DNA from: Antedon mediterranea
Taxonomy: Eukaryota > Animalia > Echinodermata
Direction of reading: 5' to 3'
Length of the DNA: 64,000 bases
Assembly (NCBI RefSeq): GCF_964355755.1
Contig: NC_092673.1
Coordinates: 7,998,001 to 8,062,000, forward strand
Shown: positions 61,607 through 64,000 of the stretch, one piece after another
Layout of the letters: each line of letters starts with the position of its first letter
How positions within the stretch are numbered: position 1 is the first letter of the stretch
The notes under the pieces: generated by a model
The model's input: the letters and a program-made list of their open reading frames with translations, nothing else
Databases searched by the model: none
Told to the model about the DNA's origin: nothing
Program-made: the position numbers and the translations under genes

Positions 61607-64000
61607 ATGCCTAAATCAGGTACACAATGGGATTTAGTTTTACAAAATCAACATATTCTGCTACGAATAGGAAGAGGATTTGTTTTCTTCCTTCTGCGAT
61701 GAGATGTTTAGAATTAATTATTTGCTTAACTATGACATATTTTAACAAACTTTTAACATATTGGTTTCTTTTATTCATCTATACTTAAACTCCTAACATT
61801 TCAAATGTTTTTGACATAAAGAGTAATAAATGAAATTATTGGCTTACTGTAACTTTTTCATCATAAAGTATTTTATTGTAATGATAAAACTTTCACTTTA
61901 CACGCCCTGATACCATGGTATGTAAATAAAGATTTCACTGTATTTTTTCATGAGATGTTATTTTTAAAACAGTTCTGAAAGGTTTTAATGTGTAATTTTA
62001 TTCTTCCTTTTCCTAGAAATATCTGACAAATCTTTTAACAAAATTTTAACATGTTTTTCAACCTGGTATGATGAGCGGCCTCTCATCAGGAAACTAAAAG
62101 TTTTGTATCATCGTTATATCGCAGAAGCTGAATTATACAATGCCACTAAAACGATGGACTTACTGAATCAATTAATTGATTCTGGACATCTAAGTTCTAA
62201 AGATCCCACTATTATGTATGATACCATAAAGGTCACTGAACAGTTTGGCATTGTAGACGAACTTCAAAATCACATACCATCCATTCCAAATGTTAAAGAT
62301 GTTATAATTTCAAAATTCAGCCATCATCAACTACACATTCTGGATTTAGGAAATGTACTAAGACAACAGGATGTGATAAAAATTGATGGGTTATACAATA
62401 AACCACCAAAGAATTACCAAGATGCATGGGGACTTCTTATAGATCTACAATATGAATAAATCATTTGTAATCAAAGGGAAAAGATGGATGCATTTATTGA
62501 CAACTTAAATGTTCTTAAACTACATCGACCTGTGCAAACTCTTACTAAAGGTATGTTTTTCATAGAACAGCATTCTGCATTTTATACATTGCATATGCAA
62601 GACAAATGGTATCTTTTGACCACCACGGTCATTTCTGCTGCCATGTTTGAAGCGCCCAAATTCATGATGTTCTCAATTCACATGGAACTTTCCCAAATAA
62701 TGATTGCAGTAAAAAAACTTTTTATTTGAAAAATCCTACATTTACTATACCTATGTAATCTAGCTAGTAGCAATTATTATCATAATTTTAAACCCAAGCC
62801 TATCATAAAAATTTGTAAAACGACGGCACTCAACATACAAATTGTTTATGTATAAAATAACTCGCGTACCCTATTTAGTGCCAACGGATGGTTCTCTAAA
62901 ATATAACGTTTCTACGTACAGCGCACTCCACATACAATACAGAGATGATAGAATGGTAGTTGAATATAATTGTGCCCATAAATATATGAACCCACTTTCT
63001 AACTATTGAGAAAAAGGTTACGTGCGATTTACTGCAATTTGTAGCGAACGCTAGTATTTATTCGTAAACAAAACCTATCCCACCTCTGCAGTCACAGATT
63101 TAAAACTGGATCTCTGGATACTGGTGTACTGGTATTTGTTGGGCATTGATTTATTGTATAGAGGGCGAGCGAACGCTAGTATTATTCGTAATCAAAACCT
63201 ATCCCACCTCTGCAGTCACAGATTTAAAACTGGATCTCTGGATACTGGTGTACTGGTATTTGTTGGGCATTGATTTATTACGCCTGAGGGAATTGACACA
63301 CACAAAGAAAAATTGTAATGTTCCATTCATCGGCAAGCAATGTTTGTATAAACGTATTTTACTATTTAAAATAGTATTTTTTAAATAATCTTGACCTGTC
63401 TTCCACATTATAATGCTGTTTTGAGGAATGAAAAACATTTTTTGTACAAGAAGATAGGTAAATGCCAAGCATTCTCACAGTATTTTTCAGCATCGACGGG
63501 TGTAATAATAAGAAAACAGGTTTACATTATGTGTTAAAAATCACTACCGAAAATATGTACCAACTTACTATACAATTGAGTACACATTCTATTTCTTTTT
63601 ATTATTACAGAGGTTACGATACCCGTAAATCTGAAACGCAAAATAACAGAATCTGAGCCGAATCTTGCACCTCAAAAAAGACCTTGCGGTGAATCTATGA
63701 AAAAAACATCTTAATGAAAAACTAAAATCGTTTCAAAGGACTGTTGATGAAATTCTACAATCTTTACAAACTGTCACTTATGATGGGCCATCACCAATAC
63801 TAAGAGATATTAATCAAAATCTACAATCTTTACAACCTAGTACTCTTATTGGCAATGTATCATCGGTACTAACTATTGAGAAGAATCTGTTATCATTACA
63901 AAGAACTGTTAACGAAAATCTGCAATCATTACAAAGTGGACCTACTCTCGCTAAAAGTAGCTCTGAACAAATGTGTATTGATGAAAAACTTCGATCATTA
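61607..64000 (+). pseudogene. Tandem death-effector-domain-like gene (possibly an NLR-type immune receptor N-terminus), disrupted and truncated by the window end
   Basis: Exons 61607-61619 (MPKS) and 62017-62550 (helical DED-like pair: ..KTMDLLNQLIDSGHLSSKDPTIMYDTI.., ..DAWGLLIDL..) with in-frame TAA at 62457-62459; a further exon from 63611 has an apparent A-run frameshift near 63700, then an open frame of NLQSLQ-like repeats. Confidence 0.6.
63043..63279. repeat. Two tandem copies of a ~122-bp unit
   Basis: AGCGAACGCTAGTATT...GGGCATTGATTTATT occurs twice. Confidence 0.9.

Noticed and set aside
62457-62459. Stop readthrough or selenocysteine in the DED-like exon
   Set aside because: The codon is TAA rather than TGA, and a second lesion lies downstream

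Overview
AT-rich, intron-containing animal DNA. A deuterostome invertebrate, probably an echinoderm such as a crinoid, is inferred from the gene and repeat content. Apparently intact genes: a 7-exon secreted YWTD beta-propeller + EGF gene (6241-22137, +), FKBPL with a single coding exon (32136-33053, -) and a 19-coding-exon GOLGA1/golgin-97 (35098-58200, +) head-to-head with FKBPL. Decayed genes: a tandem pseudogene copy of the YWTD-EGF gene (27625-31045), an FKBPL remnant (26784-27015) and a tandem-DED-like gene with lesions running off the right edge. The rest is mostly transposon-derived: a Penelope-like GIY-YIG fragment, a CR1/L2-type LINE, L1/Tx1 pieces, Helentron-type HINEs, many MITEs and two satellites. 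The most notable structures are (i) a multi-level nest of transposons from many superfamilies, including a self-insertion, inside one intron, (ii) four 19-29 bp CA..TG palindromes each flanked by an exact 7-bp duplication, resembling P-element excision footprints, (iii) a hammerhead ribozyme next to a dispersed repeat carrying a tRNA-like cloverleaf, and (iv) reciprocal gene loss after a tandem duplication. Exon boundaries and TSDs were read by eye; no database searches were run.
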